Below are positions 1 through 9,847 of a DNA stretch of 64,000 nucleotides, one piece after another. The notes under the pieces were generated by a model that saw only the letters and a program-made list of their open reading frames with translations, had not been told where the DNA came from and ran no database searches. The DNA comes from a bacterium. GTDB lineage: Bacteria > Oederibacteriota > PGYV01. A program made the translations under genes and the position numbers. How positions within the stretch are numbered: the first letter of the stretch is position 1; every line of letters starts with the position of its first letter. The stretch is taken from NCBI GenBank assembly GCA_029565735.1, contig JAKQNO010000138.1, forward strand, positions 18,195 through 82,194. Reading direction: 5' to 3'.

Positions 1-35
1 CTTTAAAAATTGGTTTTACTTTTATAGGGTACATT

Positions 36-2060
36 TTAATCTCCATACAGTTTTTTTATCTGCGAATCACTGTAATAATGCCTTAATATTTCCTTATACT
101 TTTTCCCTTTTTCTGACATTCCTTTTAAACCGCGCTGGCACATGCCCACGGAATGGCCCCAGCCCGCGCCGTAAATATAGATAAATTTTATAAAACCTTC
201 ACTGTCTGACGCGTATTCCCATTTTATCACATTTGACCTTATTTTGCCCATAACCGAGCGTATGGGGTCAAACTTCACCTCGTAGACCCCTTTTTCGCCG
301 GTAATCCTTATGCGCGTCACCGCCCCTCCGCGCGCGCGTTTTAAAGGTTCCACTTTTTTAATCCTTCCTATGTCCTTCCTCTTCGCGACATATCTCTGAA
401 GGTCCTGCGCGTCAAGGTACCTTATCCACCTGAAGCTGGTCTCTGCCGCGCCTTCAGCCTTGCAGTAAACATCAGGCATGCTTCTTACGTATTCTTCCAA
501 GTCAAAGGGCGCAAGCGGGAATTTCCATTTCCAGTTAAAATCGCCGTCATACACCCCTTTTAGACTCTTTGACTCTTTATAACCCCAGACTTCAAAAACA
601 TCCTCGGTATGGCCGCCGCAGCAGTTGGAAAAAAAGGTGCTTAAAAGTTTGCCTTCAGCGTCATACAGCACCTCTCCGCGCGTGGCGTCCACCGCCGCTA
701 TTGTTCTTGCATTTTCGCCGCTAACCCCCTTATACACAGCGCAGTGCTGGGTTGCGCAGACATCATACCCGTCTTTTTTATGGCTGTTTAAATGCTTCAT
801 TGTGTAAGTCCTTGCGGAAACCGCCTGGGCTTTTAAAGCCTCTTCCGGCCAATCCGGCGGAATCTCCGCCGCTATAACGCCGTAAAGGTACTCTTCCATA
901 TTAAGGGAGTTTATGACATTTATCTTTCCCGATTTCTCCACAATCACAAAATCGCCCCTGTACGTCGTGTCCGCGCGCTCCGCCCAGTAAAATCCCTGCC
1001 CGTAAGCGATATTATAAAAAGCGGCCGTGGCGTTTTCATTTGCCGGTTTAATCACGGAATTTTCCCCGATAAGCGTTCTGGAATTGCCTTCTGAATCGGA
1101 TATAAATATGCCCTTTTTTTCCGCCGTCAGTTCATAATCCGTAACAGCCGCGCCTTTAAATAATTCTTCACCTTTATGATTGATTACGGCAAAATCCGAA
1201 CCGTGCTTAAAATGCACCTGACGCGCGCCTGTTATTATTCCCGCTTTAACCTGCTGAAAACCGGCGGATTCCTTTATACGGATTTTTTCCGGCGGGGTAT
1301 AGGCAGCGCGCCCGTCTGTCTTTCTTTTTTTATCATTTTCTATCATCTGTTTTATGGCGGGGACAAATTGAGCGAACTTCTGAGCTTTTTCTCTGGCTTC
1401 CGTGTCCTGCGTATCAACTTCCACAACCTTATTCCAGTATTTATAGGCGCTTATGAATTCCTGCTTTTTTTCGTGCAGCACGGCTATGCGCCTGTTAAGT
1501 TCGGTATAGGTCTTATCCTTATTAATGGCTTCTTTATAATACTCAAGGGCTTTATCAATGTCTCCGGTTTTTTCGTACGCTTCTGCCATTTTTATATATG
1601 AAATATTCCTGTACATATTTTCATCTATTGCCTGCAGAAATCTTATCTTTGCCTCTTCGTACCTTCCTGTTTCCAGAAGCATGCAGCCGTGCCAGTAAAG
1701 AACCTCCCAGTTGGCCATATTTTTAGACTCAAGGACGTTCACCATCTCTTCGCCTTTTGCCGCATCTCCCGTATAATAATACATCTTTGCAAGTTCAAAA
1801 TGAGCCCTGACTTCTTTGGGATTAAGCTTAAGGATTTCCAGATACGCTTCTATGGCTTTCTGATTTTCCCCAAACTCCTTAAATACCGAAGCAAGCGAAT
1901 AATAATTCGCCCTGTTTGAAGGGTTTTCCGCGGTTTTCAGCACATAATAAGCCGCGGTCTTTTCAGGATCCGCCCCATAATAAAAATCCTGCATATCCGC
2001 GGCGTTGGCGCCGGCAACGGCGCACAGCAGCGCGCCAAGAATAAAAAGAACCCGCGTCAT
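36..2060 (-). CDS. TPR-repeat protein fused to C-terminal SpoIID/LytB (amidase-enhancer) domain, with signal peptide
   Basis: N-terminal signal peptide [20 protein letters not shown]. Tandem TPR-like helices follow. The C-terminal half carries the SpoIID/LytB-type motif ([15 protein letters not shown]). An ATGA start/stop overlap with lptB suggests co-translation. Confidence 0.7.
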   Translation of the reverse strand: MTRVLFILGALLCAVAGANAADMQDFYYGADPEKTAAYYVLKTAENPSNRANYYSLASVFKEFGENQKAIEAYLEILKLNPKEVRAHFELAKMYYYTGDAAKGEEMVNVLESKNMANWEVLYWHGCMLLETGRYEEAKIRFLQAIDENMYRNISYIKMAEAYEKTGDIDKALEYYKEAINKDKTYTELNRRIAVLHEKKQEFISAYKYWNKVVEVDTQDTEAREKAQKFAQFVPAIKQMIENDKKRKTDGRAAYTPPEKIRIKESAGFQQVKAGIITGARQVHFKHGSDFAVINHKGEELFKGAAVTDYELTAEKKGIFISDSEGNSRTLIGENSVIKPANENATAAFYNIAYGQGFYWAERADTTYRGDFVIVEKSGKINVINSLNMEEYLYGVIAAEIPPDWPEEALKAQAVSARTYTMKHLNSHKKDGYDVCATQHCAVYKGVSGENARTIAAVDATRGEVLYDAEGKLLSTFFSNCCGGHTEDVFEVWGYKESKSLKGVYDGDFNWKWKFPLAPFDLEEYVRSMPDVYCKAEGAAETSFRWIRYLDAQDLQRYVAKRKDIGRIKKVEPLKRARGGAVTRIRITGEKGVYEVKFDPIRSVMGKIRSNVIKWEYASDSEGFIKFIYIYGAGWGHSVGMCQRGLKGMSEKGKKYKEILRHYYSDSQIKKLYGD

Positions 2061-2794
2061 AGCGTGAACTTTTCACCAAGGTATATTTCGCGGGCTTTTT
2101 TGTCATGCGCAAGCTGTTCCGCGGGCCCGTGAAGAAGTATCTTCCCTTCGTACAGGATGTAAGCCCTGTCCGTGATTGAAAGGGTTTCCCTGACGTTATG
2201 GTCGGTAATCAGTATGCCTATATTTTTCTTTTTTAACTCCCTGATAATATTCTGTATGTCAAAAACCGCAATCGGGTCAATGCCCACAAACGGCTCGTCA
2301 AGCAGTATGAAGCTTGGGGACAGGACAAGCGAACGCGCTATTTCCGTCCTTCTTCTTTCCCCGCCCGACAGGGTGTAAGCTTTCTGCTTTGCAAGGTGCG
2401 ATATTTTAAATTCTTCAAGAAGCTGTTCAAGCCTGTGCTTTTTTTCCTCTTTTGTGATATCCATAAATTCCAGCACTGACATGATGTTTTCTTCAACGGT
2501 TAGGCGCCTGAAAATGGACGGCTCCTGCGAAAGGTAGCTTATGCCGTTTAACGCCCTTTTGTACATGGGCATGCCGGTCAAGTTCATCCTGCCGCCGTCT
2601 TTGTCTTCAAGGAATATGCCGCCGGCGTCGGGCTGAATTACGCCAAGCACCATATAAAAAGTTGTGGTCTTGCCCGCGCCGTTGGGCCCCAAAAGCCCCA
2701 CTATCTCGCCCTGCTTAACATCAACGCATACGTCGTTTACCACCCGTTTTTTATTATACGTTTTTACCAGGTGCTCTGTTTTAAGGTGTTTCAT
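2057..2794 (-). CDS. lptB: LPS export ABC transporter ATP-binding protein LptB
   Basis: Walker [13 protein letters not shown] signature LSGGERRR, Walker B ILLDEP. Context downstream of lptC/lptA and kdsCD. Confidence 0.85.
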   Translation of the reverse strand: MKHLKTEHLVKTYNKKRVVNDVCVDVKQGEIVGLLGPNGAGKTTTFYMVLGVIQPDAGGIFLEDKDGGRMNLTGMPMYKRALNGISYLSQEPSIFRRLTVEENIMSVLEFMDITKEEKKHRLEQLLEEFKISHLAKQKAYTLSGGERRRTEIARSLVLSPSFILLDEPFVGIDPIAVFDIQNIIRELKKKNIGILITDHNVRETLSITDRAYILYEGKILLHGPAEQLAHDKKAREIYLGEKFTL

Positions 2795-3650
2795 ATTTTT
2801 CCGCCTCCTTGCGCGCTTTTTCAGCGTCTGTATAGTATATTTTTGACCAGATATTATCCTGCAGTTTTATCTTTTTTGTATCAGTGTCAATCACCGCCCT
2901 GTCGGACAAGAACAGGCTTTTTTTCCTTTTAAAAACCGGTTTGCCGGTAAGTTCAAGCTCTTTTTTTTCGTCATTATAAACTACCTTGTCCGCGAATGCC
3001 GTAATATCCTGATATTCCATCCTTACTCGGCTTTTGATTTTTTCAGCCGTTATTTCGTTTTTTACCGTGTCAAAATCCGCTTCATCGCAGTAAATTACAA
3101 TTGTATTTCCGTCAGCCGCCGCTTTTTTGGCTTTAACTTTCTCTGAAACCGTAATTACATTAAGCCCGTTGGAATAAGACATTTTTTTTGATTCAAGGTT
3201 AAGCCCGTACTCTTTGTAAAAAACCCGGACATCGCCATCAGCTTCCGCGCTTTTTTTGTAATCTTTGCTCTTTAACCTGTCGGCGTGTACCAGCGCGCCC
3301 GCGGCTTTTATTATTACATTCCCCGAAAAAACCGCCATTTTATCTTCAACCGCGAACTTCATATTATCGGCGCTTATGTTAAGTTCTTTTATTGTGGGTT
3401 TCTTTTTAGCCGCAACAGGCGAAGGAGAAGGCGACGGCTTAACCGCAGTAACTGCCGGAGTCACTGCCGCAGGTAATGAAACAACAGTTGTCGGCACAGG
3501 CGTTAATCCGTCTTCACCTGTTTTTTTTGCTTCCTGTATCCTTTCGGAAACATTCTTAAAATATTCATTTTCGTATTTCGCGTCATCAATTTTAAAACAT
3601 CCCGCGGTTATAACAAGCAGGGCGATAAACAAAGCGGCTTTTTGCATCAC
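2781..3650 (-). CDS. lptA: LptA-like periplasmic LPS transport protein (OstA-like fold) with Pro/Ser/Ala-rich linker
   Basis: Signal peptide. Shares the DRAVIDTDT motif with the upstream LptC-like paralogue. Sits between lptC and lptB as in the canonical kdsD-kdsC-lptC-lptA-lptB cluster. Confidence 0.55.
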   Translation of the reverse strand: MMQKAALFIALLVITAGCFKIDDAKYENEYFKNVSERIQEAKKTGEDGLTPVPTTVVSLPAAVTPAVTAVKPSPSPSPVAAKKKPTIKELNISADNMKFAVEDKMAVFSGNVIIKAAGALVHADRLKSKDYKKSAEADGDVRVFYKEYGLNLESKKMSYSNGLNVITVSEKVKAKKAAADGNTIVIYCDEADFDTVKNEITAEKIKSRVRMEYQDITAFADKVVYNDEKKELELTGKPVFKRKKSLFLSDRAVIDTDTKKIKLQDNIWSKIYYTDAEKARKEAEKYETP

Positions 3651-4198
3651 TCGCCCACATCCACTGCCTTTAATGTCACCCTTCGCTTTATTTCAAGATT
3701 TTTAAATCCGGCGTCGGTTTCAAGCCCTATGCCTTTTAATACCGTGCCGTCCCTTGTAACCGTCACTTCTTCTTCGGTATACATTTTTTTGCGCCTGTCA
3801 TCCCAAAAAAGCCTGTTGGTCCGCACAACCGCGCCGTCGCCGGAAATCGCCTTTACATTGCCGGTAATTTCCATAAAATTTGTGTCAGTATCTATTACGG
3901 CGCGGTCGCCGTAAAGCACGGTTTTGCTGTTATTAGCGTCCAGGTAATTCATCACAAAACCCTGCGCGTAAGCTTTCTTTTTTAATTCAAAAACCTGCGC
4001 GCCTTTGGCGTTGACTTCCCACTTCACTTCGCCTTTCTGCGCGGATTTAAGGGTAAAATTTTCCATTACAAAATTAGGGACAGATTCCACGCTGTCGCCC
4101 ACGGGAAGGCTTGGTTTTATCTTTTTTTCCCTGCCGCAGCCGGCAAATAACACCGCCGCCGTAAGCGCCAGTAATAAAATTTTTGTTATCCTGTTCAC
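3647..4198 (-). CDS. lptC: LptC-like LPS transport protein (lipoprotein-type N-terminus)
   Basis: Start reassigned to a GTG that overlaps the lpxL TGA stop (GTGA coupling). Product begins MNRITKILLLALTAAVLFAGC (lipobox-like) and has an OstA-like C-terminal region. Position is upstream of lptA. Confidence 0.5.
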   Translation of the reverse strand: MNRITKILLLALTAAVLFAGCGREKKIKPSLPVGDSVESVPNFVMENFTLKSAQKGEVKWEVNAKGAQVFELKKKAYAQGFVMNYLDANNSKTVLYGDRAVIDTDTNFMEITGNVKAISGDGAVVRTNRLFWDDRRKKMYTEEEVTVTRDGTVLKGIGLETDAGFKNLEIKRRVTLKAVDVGE

Positions 4199-5118
4199 AG
4201 TTTTACGCCCTTTTCTTCCATTTCTTTTTCCACCGTCATCCTGAACCTTCTGTGGACCCATATCCATTGTTCCGGATATTTAAGTATGAATTCCGACAAC
4301 TGCCTGTTATATTCCGCCGCAAGCTGCTCTGTTGTTTTATCCGCCGTTTCTATGGGCGCGTTTATCTGTATTCCGTAATAATTATCAGGCCTTCTGAAAA
4401 TGCACACCGTTAAAAGGGTAAGCCCAAGTTTTTTTGCAAGTAAAGCCGGCCCGGAAGGCGTCTTTGCCATTGTTCCCAGAAACGGCGCGTAAACGCTTTC
4501 AACGCTTGTATCCTGGTCCGACAGAATGCCAAAAATCATACCCTGCCTTAAATCCTTTATCATCACCCTTATGTCGTCATCCTTTAAAAATATCTTAACG
4601 CCGGTTTTGGTGCGGGCCGAATTGACGGCTTTATCAATACGCGGGTCAAACATCCGCTTTGCCGCGGCGCCCGCTATGTTGCCGTTTAACGCGGTAAAGT
4701 GCGCCAAAAGCTCCCAGTTAGAAAGGTGAAGCGTGACAGCTATCACCCCTTTTTTTGTCTCTTTGGCGCTGTTAAAGTGTTCAAGGCCGTGCGTTTCCCT
4801 GACCATATTTTTTATTTTTGAAGCGGGCCATACCGTAAATTTTAAGAACTCAAAAAATCCCCTGCCGTAATTGCGTATGTTGCGCTTTGCCAGCTGTTTT
4901 TTTTCTTTTGCGGAAAGCGCGCTGCCGTAAACTATATCAAGATTTCTGTAAAGCGTGCGTTTGTCTTTTTTAAGAAAAAGAAAGACAAACAGCGCGAAAT
5001 ATTCGCAGGCTTTTGCCCCGGCTTTCCACGGGATAAAAAATACAAGGAACCTTGCCCCCTGTATAAACAGGAAAAATATATAATTTCTAAATGCCTTCAG
5101 CTTCTTTTTCATCATCAA
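4195..5118 (-). CDS. Lipid A biosynthesis (Kdo2-lipid IVA) acyltransferase, LpxL/HtrB family
   Basis: N-terminal TM helix. HX4(D/E) acyltransferase motif in the form TLHLSNWELLAHF, typical of the LpxL family. Embedded in the kds/lpt operon. Confidence 0.7.
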   Translation of the reverse strand: MMMKKKLKAFRNYIFFLFIQGARFLVFFIPWKAGAKACEYFALFVFLFLKKDKRTLYRNLDIVYGSALSAKEKKQLAKRNIRNYGRGFFEFLKFTVWPASKIKNMVRETHGLEHFNSAKETKKGVIAVTLHLSNWELLAHFTALNGNIAGAAAKRMFDPRIDKAVNSARTKTGVKIFLKDDDIRVMIKDLRQGMIFGILSDQDTSVESVYAPFLGTMAKTPSGPALLAKKLGLTLLTVCIFRRPDNYYGIQINAPIETADKTTEQLAAEYNRQLSEFILKYPEQWIWVHRRFRMTVEKEMEEKGVKL

Positions 5119-5641
5119 GGTACCTTTTTACCGCCGTATCCCAAAGCCCGCGCGCTTTTAATATCATGTCAATTACTTCCCTTACGCAGCCGCGGCCTCC
5201 GCCGTTTTTGCAGATATAAAGCGCTGCTTTTTTTGCTTCAGACGCCGAATCAGCGGGCGCAGCGCCAAAACCGCAGCGCCTTAAAACCGGAATATCTATT
5301 ATTTCGTCCCCGATGAAGCACACCTCTTCATCCTTAAGGTTAAGTTTGCCTTTCAGTTCGGCGTACGGGCCAAGTTTGTTTAAAGCGCCCTGATACACGT
5401 GCTGAATTTTCAGTTCTTTCGCCCGAAACGCTATCGCCTTTGAAAACCTTCCGCTGATAACGGCAAACTGAAGCCCGGCGTGGCGGCCAAGGGCAATGCC
5501 TGTGCCGTCCTTGACGTTATACTGCTTGAATTCGGTTTTATTATTACCTATTATTATTCCGCCGTCGGTTAAAACGCCGTCAACATCCAGGCATACAAGT
5601 TTTATTTTTGAAAGATTTTTGAATTTTTTTGAAGCGGCCAC
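5087..5641 (-). CDS. kdsC: KDO 8-phosphate phosphatase KdsC (HAD family)
   Basis: HAD motif I VCLDVDGVLTDGGI. Size ~180 aa. Immediately downstream of kdsD. Confidence 0.75.
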   Translation of the reverse strand: MAASKKFKNLSKIKLVCLDVDGVLTDGGIIIGNNKTEFKQYNVKDGTGIALGRHAGLQFAVISGRFSKAIAFRAKELKIQHVYQGALNKLGPYAELKGKLNLKDEEVCFIGDEIIDIPVLRRCGFGAAPADSASEAKKAALYICKNGGGRGCVREVIDMILKARGLWDTAVKRYLDDEKEAEGI

Positions 5642-6604
5642 TTAAACAACCCCGGACTTTAAAATATCGTGAAGGTGAATTATTCCGTTTGGCCTGCCGT
5701 CCTTTGACAATACAAGCAGGACTGTGATTGATTTTTCTTCCATTATGCCAAGGGCTTTTATTACAAGCTCGCCTTCGGAAATTATTTTAGGATTTTTTAC
5801 CATCACTTCCGACATTTTAAGCATGAATGGATTGGCCTGTTTTTCCAGAAGGCGCCTTAAATCGCCGTCAGTAAATATACCGGCAAGTTTCCCGTTTTCG
5901 CCGGTTACGGCGACACAGCCGAACCTGCCTTCGGTCATTGCAAGCAGGCCGTCTTTTAAAACGGCGCCCTTATTTATTTTCGGCACGCTTTCGCCGGTGT
6001 GCATGATGTCTTTAACCTTAAGCACAAGCTTCTTCCCAAGCGAACCGCCCGGATGAAGCATTGCAAAATCTTCTTTTTTGAAATTTTTCATCTTTAAAAG
6101 CACTACAGAAAGCGCGTCGCCAAGCGCAAGCTGCACAGTGGTGGAGCATGTGGGCGCAAGGTTAAGCGGGCATGCTTCTTCTTTTACAGAGGAGCTAAGA
6201 ACGCATACAGCCGATTTTGCAAGGGAAGAATTTTTCTTTCCTGTTATTGCGATTATGGGTATGTTAAGCCTGCCCAAAGCCGGAAGGATATTTATAACCT
6301 CTTCGGTTTCACCGCTCTGCGACAGCATTATGACAACATCGCCTTTCATAAAAATTCCCATGTCGCCGTGCGCGGCTTCCACGGGATGCAGAAACACGGC
6401 AGGCGTGCCCATTGACGACATTGTGGCTGCAATCTTCTGCCCCACAAGGCCGGACTTGCCTATGCCGGATACAACCACTTTCCCTTTACATTCCTTTAAA
6501 ATTTCTATGGCTTTAATAAAATCCCTGCCAAGCCTTTTCTTTGCCGCTGTTATTTCCACAGCTTCCATTGCCAGAACTTTTTGGGCTTCTTTAATAATAT
6601 CCAT
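5642..6604 (-). CDS. kdsD: Arabinose-5-phosphate isomerase KdsD (SIS domain plus tandem CBS domains)
   Basis: SIS motif VVVSGIGKSG followed by two CBS repeats. Canonical partner of kdsC. Confidence 0.85.
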   Translation of the reverse strand: MDIIKEAQKVLAMEAVEITAAKKRLGRDFIKAIEILKECKGKVVVSGIGKSGLVGQKIAATMSSMGTPAVFLHPVEAAHGDMGIFMKGDVVIMLSQSGETEEVINILPALGRLNIPIIAITGKKNSSLAKSAVCVLSSSVKEEACPLNLAPTCSTTVQLALGDALSVVLLKMKNFKKEDFAMLHPGGSLGKKLVLKVKDIMHTGESVPKINKGAVLKDGLLAMTEGRFGCVAVTGENGKLAGIFTDGDLRRLLEKQANPFMLKMSEVMVKNPKIISEGELVIKALGIMEEKSITVLLVLSKDGRPNGIIHLHDILKSGVV

Positions 6605-6633
6605 ACAGGCTCCCTGTCATTTAGTCTTTTGCG

Positions 6634-7359
6634 TTATTCCGGAACGTAAAGAATCCTTGCGCAGTTGGCGCAGTATTCTATGTTCTGCCTTTTTCTAAGT
6701 TTTATAACCATCTGCGCGCGTATTGCCATCCTGCAGCCGTCGCAGCTTCCGTCGCCGCGCGCGTCGCGCGTGACCGACGCAACGGCAACGCCGCCTTTGG
6801 CCTTTCTTATCTTTTCATATTTTTCAAACCACTGTTTATCCACTACAGCGGCTTTTTTTTCACGCTCCGCGGCAAGCGCGGCAATACCCGAATTCTTTTC
6901 CGCTTTCTGCGCTTCCAGCGTTTTTATTTCAGCGCCAAGCCGTTCTTCTTCTTTTTTAAACAAACCTTCCTGTTCCTTAATCCAGATTTTTACCTCTTCT
7001 TCTTCCTCTTCAATTCCAAGAATCTTATCTTCGGTCTTTCTTATTTCATCCTTATCCCTGGCAATTTCATCCTGAAGCGCCTTAAAAGCGTCATTTGTTT
7101 TTATTGACGCCCCCTGCCCTTCTTTTTTCAGAATATCAGCTTCCCTGGACTTTATTTCAAGGTCAAGCGCCGCTTTTTTGCGTTTAAATTCGTCAAGCCT
7201 TGCTTTTTTTTCGTTGAATTCCGCCTTAAATTCCTCTATTCTTTTTTTCTTTTCTTCAATTTCCGCGTCAATCATCCGCCCCTCTTTTTCCACTGCCAGA
7301 ACCGCATTGTCGGCCTTTTGCAGGTCAATAAGCGTGTTTAATATTTCGCCTTCTGTCAT
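6634..7359 (-). CDS. COG1579/DUF164-type coiled-coil protein with C-terminal C4 zinc ribbon
   Basis: Long Lys/Glu-rich coiled coil ending in CDGCRMAIRAQ...CANCARILY. Start moved to ATG (MTEGEILNTL), which has a GGAGG SD. The ORF-track GTG start lacks an SD. Confidence 0.65.
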   Translation of the reverse strand: MTEGEILNTLIDLQKADNAVLAVEKEGRMIDAEIEEKKKRIEEFKAEFNEKKARLDEFKRKKAALDLEIKSREADILKKEGQGASIKTNDAFKALQDEIARDKDEIRKTEDKILGIEEEEEEVKIWIKEQEGLFKKEEERLGAEIKTLEAQKAEKNSGIAALAAEREKKAAVVDKQWFEKYEKIRKAKGGVAVASVTRDARGDGSCDGCRMAIRAQMVIKLRKRQNIEYCANCARILYVPE

Positions 7360-7392
7360 TATTCCACCCTCCGGCTTTTTAATAAAAACATT

Positions 7393-7430
7393 ATATTTTA
7401 ACACTTTTATGGGGTTTATTAAAGGCGAAA
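7393..7430 (-). promoter_or_regulatory. Conserved 38-nt promoter element (copy A) with extended -10 TGTTAAAAT, upstream of the COG1579-LPS operon
   Basis: On the minus strand the sequence reads TTTCGCCTTTAATAAACCCCATAAAAGTGTTAAAATAT. It is 36/38 identical to a second copy at 9381..9418 and ends ~30 nt before the operon start codon. Confidence 0.4.
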
Positions 7431-7473
7431 TTTATGGAAACAACTATTGAAATTTTCCCGTTAAAAACTGCTC

Positions 7474-8877
7474 TTATTTAAGGCTTTTACCATACTTAAC
7501 ATCATCCCACCAGGCGGTTCCCTCGCCTATAAGCGACAAAGATATGCCCACTATCACAGTACCTTTTGGCACCGGAGTTATAATATCTATTCCGGTCCAT
7601 TCCGTATCTGCGGAAAAAGTCTTTGAATTCACCCCTCCCAATATACCGCCTTTGCGGTCAACAAAATTCAAAGACACCCCGGCGCCTTCTTTGACTCCGG
7701 CGGTCTTTATCTTGCATGAAAAATAAGCTTTTCCGCCGCCCGTTGTTTTTATGGCCTGGCCCCACCACTTGTTCTTTCCGGGGCCTTCGGTAGAAGTAAG
7801 TTTAAAACTTGCACGGCCTTCCGCCGCGTTTGCTGTGTCACGTTCCCATTTATTGCCTTCCGGCGCAATCAGGTCGCAGCGCCTCCAGTATTTTGGCATT
7901 TTATCATTGCCGGCAAGCTCCGCGCCTCCGTTCTTCAGCTTTAGCGGCATCATTAACCATCTGCGCAGCGAATTCATTGTGGAATATTTCCAGACAATCT
8001 TTTTATTCCTATTAATTTCAATCAGCCTTGAATGCTGGGCGTCAGCAATAAGAATATTTCCGCCGGGTAGCTGTTCGGCCTGGTACGGCATGGACAGAAT
8101 GCCTTTGCCATATTCAAACAAAGTATTGCCGGCATAATCAACCTCAATTATCCTGTTACCATAAGAATCAGATATTATAGTATTATTGTTTTCAAGCCTG
8201 CGGGCAAAACGGGGCCAGTTTAAACCCCTTGAAAACTGCCATACAATACCGCCTTTTTTGTCAACCTCAATCACCCTGTTATTATCAGAATCAGCAATAA
8301 TGATATTTCCGTTTTCAAGTTCCCGGGGAGCGTGCTGTTTGGAAGCGCCTTTATACGACCGGTATACCTGTCCGTTTCTGTCAGTCTCCACAACCGCGCT
8401 GTTAAATCTGTCAGAGAGCAGAAAATGCCCGTTGCCCATCTCTATAACATGGTTTGGATAATCTATTTTTGACCCGTCTGATAAAAGGCCTGTTCCCCCG
8501 CTCCACTGCGCACTTGTCCATACGGTATTGCCGGCGGGAGAAACTTCAACAAGACGGTCATTATTTGTATCAGGTATTAAAATATTTGAGTTTTTTAGTT
8601 TTATCGCGCTGTGCGCAAAACGCAGGCCCGAATCATATTTCCATAAAACTTTACCGGCTCTGTTTATAATAAAAACTTTGGAATTTTTATCTTCCCAAAG
8701 AAGCCCGCCTCCGTCGGTAACAAGTATATTTCCGTCGTCCAACACCTGAAATCCAAGCGGGCGTTCCAGTTCAAATTTTGAAGGGTAAAAGATAAAAGCA
8801 GCTGCAGCAGCCGTTATAATTAAGAAAATTATAACAAATATTAAAGCGGCGCCGCCCCTTTTAAGAGGCAGTTTCAT
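7474..8877 (-). CDS. Membrane-anchored beta-propeller protein of the arylsulfotransferase(ASST)/NHL-like type with C-terminal beta-sandwich (CBM-like) domain
   Basis: N-terminal signal anchor. About 6 repeats of the pattern NGN-ILI-D-NNR-IEVD-G-IVW. About 130-aa C-terminal domain. The start overlaps the upstream lipoprotein stop (TAATG). Confidence 0.5.
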   Translation of the reverse strand: MKLPLKRGGAALIFVIIFLIITAAAAAFIFYPSKFELERPLGFQVLDDGNILVTDGGGLLWEDKNSKVFIINRAGKVLWKYDSGLRFAHSAIKLKNSNILIPDTNNDRLVEVSPAGNTVWTSAQWSGGTGLLSDGSKIDYPNHVIEMGNGHFLLSDRFNSAVVETDRNGQVYRSYKGASKQHAPRELENGNIIIADSDNNRVIEVDKKGGIVWQFSRGLNWPRFARRLENNNTIISDSYGNRIIEVDYAGNTLFEYGKGILSMPYQAEQLPGGNILIADAQHSRLIEINRNKKIVWKYSTMNSLRRWLMMPLKLKNGGAELAGNDKMPKYWRRCDLIAPEGNKWERDTANAAEGRASFKLTSTEGPGKNKWWGQAIKTTGGGKAYFSCKIKTAGVKEGAGVSLNFVDRKGGILGGVNSKTFSADTEWTGIDIITPVPKGTVIVGISLSLIGEGTAWWDDVKYGKSLK

Positions 8878-9332
8878 TAATATCCCATAAAACGAAAGTC
8901 AAGTGTCACGTTTTCCGCTGCCGCTATTGTGACAGCCGACTTTGTCATGGAATAATACGTCCAGCCCGCATTTGCCTCGCCGGGAACATCAGCCCAATCC
9001 GCAGAAGCCGTCCTTGTCTGCCCATAAAAAGCATCTTCCGGTATCCCGGCAACAACATCATAAGTGCCCGGAACTATGGAGTTTATATGATAAAAACCGG
9101 ATGAATCAGTTGAAGTGTTTTTATAAAGCGTAGAACTTTGGTACATACTTATCTGCGCGGAAGGATAGGCATTCATTGGATTTGTATTATAATCGCAGCA
9201 AATCGTCTTGTATACGTATCCCGACAATGAACCCGTATTGGAACTTGATGTAGGATTGCTGTTATTGCTGCAGGATACAATTACAAAAACAGCTGCAATT
9301 GCACTAACCGCTAAAATTAACCACCTTTTCAT
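8877..9332 (-). CDS. Secreted lipoprotein with carboxypeptidase-regulatory-like (prealbumin/Cna-B-like) domain
   Basis: MKRWLILAVSAIAAVFVIVSC lipobox. The motif GFYHINSIVPGTYDV is typical of CarboxypepD_reg-like folds. Start moved to the second ATG, which has a GGAG SD. Confidence 0.45.
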   Translation of the reverse strand: MKRWLILAVSAIAAVFVIVSCSNNSNPTSSSNTGSLSGYVYKTICCDYNTNPMNAYPSAQISMYQSSTLYKNTSTDSSGFYHINSIVPGTYDVVAGIPEDAFYGQTRTASADWADVPGEANAGWTYYSMTKSAVTIAAAENVTLDFRFMGY

Positions 9333-9380
9333 ATCGCCACGCTCCATATAATATAGTATTTAATTAATACGCTTATAAAA

Positions 9381-9418
9381 ATATTTTAACACTTCTATTG
9401 GGTTTATTAAAGGCGAAA
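9381..9418 (-). promoter_or_regulatory. Conserved 38-nt promoter element (copy B) upstream of the lipoprotein/ASST-like operon
   Basis: Minus-strand sequence TTTCGCCTTTAATAAACCCAATAGAAGTGTTAAAATAT, 36/38 identical to copy A. Lies ~50 nt upstream of the start codon. Confidence 0.4.
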
Positions 9419-9467
9419 AGTTTTGTTTTTTGGGTGAAGTTATTTAAATCAGGACAAGAAATACCTC

Positions 9468-9803
9468 TTATCCGCCACCGACCGCCATACCAAATAGAAA
9501 AGATAAAATTATCGGCGATAAAGCAATTATCAAAACTGCAAAATAAACAAAAAATTGCAATGTATCCCACTTTAATTCTTTTAAATTCACTACAGCTTTT
9601 CTTATCATCAGGATTGGCATTAAAATAAACATTGCAACAATAACATAAATCATCCCCGCTATATCAAAAATATTCTGAAACATAGTAAACTCTAAGTTAT
9701 TAGAAAACCTATACGCAAAAAATAGCATCCATCCAAAGCCATGAATAATCAAAGGAATACAAATGTATTCTAATAACATTTTAACTTTTCTATTCATTGC
9801 CAT
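9468..9803 (-). CDS. Small hydrophobic membrane protein (3 predicted TM helices), unknown function
   Basis: ORF with three hydrophobic stretches. Sits in a conspicuously AT-rich ~280-bp segment just upstream of the GNAT gene. Confidence 0.3.
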   Translation of the reverse strand: MAMNRKVKMLLEYICIPLIIHGFGWMLFFAYRFSNNLEFTMFQNIFDIAGMIYVIVAMFILMPILMIRKAVVNLKELKWDTLQFFVYFAVLIIALSPIILSFLFGMAVGGG

Positions 9804-9847
9804 CTTTCACCACATTTAAGATATTTTTACCTGCTATATTTCCAGTT

